From IMG/VR virus record IMGVR_UViG_3300035663_000008: a DNA stretch of 20,000 bases. One strand, 5' to 3'. Below the pieces are notes generated by a model. That model did no database searches, was not told the DNA's origin, and worked only from the letters and a program-made list of their open reading frames with translations. Numbering within the stretch: the stretch's first letter is position 1; each line of letters begins with the position of its first letter. The position numbers were made by a program, and so were the translations under genes. Below are positions 17,347 through 20,000 of the stretch, in pieces. Source of the DNA: an uncultured virus (IMG/VR IMGVR_UViG_3300035663_000008) (taxonomy: Duplodnaviria > Heunggongvirae > Uroviricota > Caudoviricetes).

Positions 17347-18134
17347 TTATTCCAAGCGGAAAGTCTGGAACAGTTGGAAGTTCAGCGCGAATAACAAACG
17401 ATGTTATTGCATTTGTAGACTTTAGCAATGACTACGGGTGGGCAGGTAACACCGCAAACGATCTGTCGAATCGTTCGGTAAAGTACTCCACACCAGGCGG
17501 GTTTATATCTGTGGTGTCAGGCTCCAATGCGGAGCCAGGCTACATTGAATTGGACGGCGGTACGGATTACTTAATTGCAGGTAGCACACTTTCCGATTTT
17601 GCTACCGTAACAGCAATTACTATTGATGCTTGGGTTAAATTGGACACTATTAATTCTGGTGTAAGAGCCATTGTATCAAATAACAGTACCACAACAGGGT
17701 TAGAACACAGAGGATTTGCAGTGATTGCAATCTCTGATGGGTTGGGAACTTGGCTTCCTAGAGTAAATGTCAATGCTGGAGTAGGTTCATCATCTATTGC
17801 AAGTTTCACTGGATTGACCGCTTCAGCAGGACAATGGGTAAACTTGTTTGTGGTGATACGAGACATAGGAGTGCCAGCATCTGCGATGGCAACGGATGCA
17901 AAAATGTTTAATCCATCAGGAATTTCTGCATCTAGTTTTAATTTGACTACTATTGGTGGTTCCTCTCACGGTCTTACTAGCACCAATGCTTTAGCAATAG
18001 GAAGACGATCTACCGTAGCAACACAGTATTGGGACGGCTCTATTGGTGCTGTAAAGATATACAATCGTGCGCTGTCGGAAAATGAAATGAATCTCAACTA
18101 TGACCGATCCAAGAAACGCTATGGTCATTCATAA
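17343..18134 (+). CDS. LamG/concanavalin A-like lectin domain protein (263 aa), putative receptor-binding tip
   Basis: DLSN, ELDGGTDY, ITIDAWVK, GQWVNL, LAIGRR, YWDGSIGAVKIYNRALSENE motifs typical of LamG-3-like domains; ATGA overlap with the fibre gene. Confidence 0.85.
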   Translation: MIIPSGKSGTVGSSARITNDVIAFVDFSNDYGWAGNTANDLSNRSVKYSTPGGFISVVSGSNAEPGYIELDGGTDYLIAGSTLSDFATVTAITIDAWVKLDTINSGVRAIVSNNSTTTGLEHRGFAVIAISDGLGTWLPRVNVNAGVGSSSIASFTGLTASAGQWVNLFVVIRDIGVPASAMATDAKMFNPSGISASSFNLTTIGGSSHGLTSTNALAIGRRSTVATQYWDGSIGAVKIYNRALSENEMNLNYDRSKKRYGHS

Positions 18135-18375
18135 CACTCCCATTTTCTACGCAGTGATTCCCTCCTCGGCAGTGGACTCCGTGGACTATGGGCAGACTCT
18201 ATGCACACGAGAAGGCGTTCGGTTTTCACTTGACGGCAGCAAGTGTATTGTAAAGTGGGTGGGAAACACTGTGCCTACTTCAATTTCTGCAATTGGTGAA
18301 CACGAAGGACTGTATACCGCAAATGAACTATTAGCCATTGTTTCTGGTACGGATTGGGAGCCTCCCGAAGCGTAA
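18121..18375 (+). CDS. Small acidic hypothetical phage protein (84 aa from ATG 18121)
   Basis: VRFSLDGSKCIVKW...YTANELLAIVSGTDW; overlaps the LamG gene end; alternative start at 18100. Confidence 0.7.
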   Translation: MVIHNTPIFYAVIPSSAVDSVDYGQTLCTREGVRFSLDGSKCIVKWVGNTVPTSISAIGEHEGLYTANELLAIVSGTDWEPPEA

Positions 18376-18399
18376 ACCAAATACTCATCCGATTACTTT

Positions 18400-18427
18400 A
18401 GAGGGGCGAAAGCCCCTCTTCTTGTTA
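18400..18427 (+). terminator. Probable intrinsic terminator
   Basis: Perfect 8-bp stem AGAGGGGC/GCCCCTCT with GAAA tetraloop, followed by TCTTGTT, just after the last island gene. Confidence 0.8.
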
Positions 18428-18436
18428 TGATGCACT

Positions 18437-18444
18437 CTACATAC
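18437..18444 (+). promoter_or_regulatory. Putative promoter element CTACATAC upstream of nrdJ
   Basis: Between the terminator and the AAGGAG SD of nrdJ; identical to the octamer at 3032. Confidence 0.4.
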
Positions 18445-18471
18445 TCTACCCAATAACCAAGGAGTAAAAAC

Positions 18472-20000
18472 ATGAAGCGATTGCCTACCCTCTATCAGGA
18501 TTTCATCCACCTTTCCCGTTACAGCCGTTGGATTGAATCCGAGAAACGCCGTGAGTCTTGGGAAGAAACGGTTGACCGTTACTTTCGCTTCTTTGACGAG
18601 CATTTCACAGAGAAGGGCATCAAGATAAATAAGGCAGTCCGCGAAGAACTCCGTGAAGCGGTTCTCAACCTTGAGGTGATGCCGTCCATGCGGTCGCTGA
18701 TGACCGCAGGCGAAGCCCTCAAGCGCGACAACACCGCAGGCTACAACTGCTCCTATGTCGCGGTGAACAAGGTTCGCGCATTTGATGAGATACTGTATGT
18801 TCTCATGTGCGGAACGGGTGTAGGCTTTAGCGTGGAGAGGCAGTATGTGGAGAAACTTCCTACAATTGCTGAAGAGTTTACGAACAGCGATACTCTCATT
18901 GTGGTCAAGGACTCCAAGGAAGGTTGGGCAAAAGCCTACCGAGAACTGGTATCCCTACTTATTGGAGGTCAAATCCCCCGATGGGACTTGTCTCACATTC
19001 GTCCTGCTGGTGCGCGCCTCAAGACTTTCGGTGGACGCGCAAGTGGACCTCAGCCGCTTGAAGACCTCTTCCGATTTACCGTCAGCACTTTTAAGAAGAG
19101 TGCTGGCAGAAAACTCACCTCCATTGAATGTCACGACATTATCTGTAAGATTGCAGAGATTGTCGTTGTCGGAGGTGTCCGTAGATCGGCTCTTATCTCG
19201 CTATCCAATCTCACGGACGAGAGGATGCGTGATGCAAAGGTTGGGCAGTGGTGGTTGGACAACCCCCAAAGAGCGTTAGCGAACAACTCCGTAGCCTTCA
19301 AGGAGAAGCCAGAGATCGGCACATTCATGGAGGAGTGGCTGTCGCTCTACAAGAGCAAGAGCGGTGAGCGCGGCATCTTCAACCGTCAAGCCGCACAGAA
19401 GACGGTGGAGAAACTTGGTGATCGCCGTGATGCCTCCTACGAGTTCGGCACAAACCCCTGCTCCGAGATCATTCTCCGCGACAAGGAGTTCTGCAACCTG
19501 TCCGAGGTGATTGTCCGCGCCGAGGACACTCCTGATACCCTGAAGCGCAAGGTTCGTCTTGCTGCCATTCTTGGCACATGGCAAGCCTCGCTCACCTATT
19601 TCCCGTATCTCAGCAGCGATTGGAAGCGCAATTGTGAAGAGGAGTGCCTGCTTGGTGTTTCGCTCACAGGCATTCTTGACAACCACTTCATGCGAACGCA
19701 GGGCGACAATCTCAATGTGCTGCTTGAACTGCTCAAGGCTGACGCGGTTGCCACGAACAAGGAGTGGGCTAAAAAGATCGGCATCAACCCCGCAGCGGCT
19801 ATTACTTGCGTGAAGCCAAGCGGCACGGTGTCACAGTTGACGGATGCGGCTAGCGGCATCCATGCTCGTCACAACGAGTACTACATCCGCACTGTTCGTG
19901 CCGACCGCAAAGACCCCATGTGTCAGTTTATGATTGACAAGGGATTTCCTGCGGAGCCGTGTGTCATGCGTCCTGATCACACTATGGTGTTCTCGTTCCC
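18472..20000 (+). CDS. nrdJ: Class II (adenosylcobalamin-dependent) ribonucleotide reductase, truncated by window end
   Basis: Manual translation from ATG 18472 (AAGGAG SD): SRYSRW...RRESWEETVDRY, MPSMR, GYNCSY, GTGVGFS, TFGGRASGP, GGVRRSA, catalytic GTNPCSEI...FCNL, LLGVSLTG, TCVKPSGTVSQL; no N-terminal ATP cone. Confidence 0.92.
   Translation, partial: MKRLPTLYQDFIHLSRYSRWIESEKRRESWEETVDRYFRFFDEHFTEKGIKINKAVREELREAVLNLEVMPSMRSLMTAGEALKRDNTAGYNCSYVAVNKVRAFDEILYVLMCGTGVGFSVERQYVEKLPTIAEEFTNSDTLIVVKDSKEGWAKAYRELVSLLIGGQIPRWDLSHIRPAGARLKTFGGRASGPQPLEDLFRFTVSTFKKSAGRKLTSIECHDIICKIAEIVVVGGVRRSALISLSNLTDERMRDAKVGQWWLDNPQRALANNSVAFKEKPEIGTFMEEWLSLYKSKSGERGIFNRQAAQKTVEKLGDRRDASYEFGTNPCSEIILRDKEFCNLSEVIVRAEDTPDTLKRKVRLAAILGTWQASLTYFPYLSSDWKRNCEEECLLGVSLTGILDNHFMRTQGDNLNVLLELLKADAVATNKEWAKKIGINPAAAITCVKPSGTVSQLTDAASGIHARHNEYYIRTVRADRKDPMCQFMIDKGFPAEPCVMRPDHTMVFSF

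Noticed and set aside
18376..18471. Cobalamin riboswitch or other ncRNA upstream of nrdJ
   Set aside because: Only 96 bp, explained by a terminator hairpin, promoter-like motif and SD; no B12-box-like sequence seen.
18845..19859. Track ORFs in the last 1.2 kb
   Set aside because: Alternative-frame or antisense fragments within the continuous nrdJ reading frame.
1..20000. Stop-codon reassignment or programmed frameshifting
   Set aside because: Standard code yields full-length, tightly packed genes; no split conserved gene was observed.

Overview
Fragment of a large T4-like tailed phage genome, with every credible gene on the + strand. Bases 1-7978 are a compact replication/nucleotide module: end of a DNA methyltransferase, GroES-like co-chaperonin, family B DNA polymerase (gp43), two small ORFs, UvsX, gp41 helicase, gp61 primase, a small ORF and ThyX. 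Bases 7987-18375 are a ~10.4 kb island of virion-fibre/adhesin-like genes: a collagen-containing fibre, an 807-aa Thr/Ser-rich protein, two small ORFs, a 1315-aa repeat-built fibre, a LamG-like lectin and a small ORF. The island starts at a late-promoter-like motif and ends at a terminator. A class II ribonucleotide reductase (NrdJ), absent from the ORF track, starts at 18472 and runs off the window. Most notable: (i) fibres built from shared scaffold repeats, including exact in-frame 82-bp and 71-bp direct repeats bracketing AT-rich unique domains, a possible recombinational module-swapping system; (ii) a twice-repeated fibre/ATGA-coupled tip/small protein layout; (iii) strong avoidance of several restriction-type palindromes, apparently extending to loss of Pro-Gly dipeptides in core proteins. 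All calls come from manual motif reading; no searches were run.
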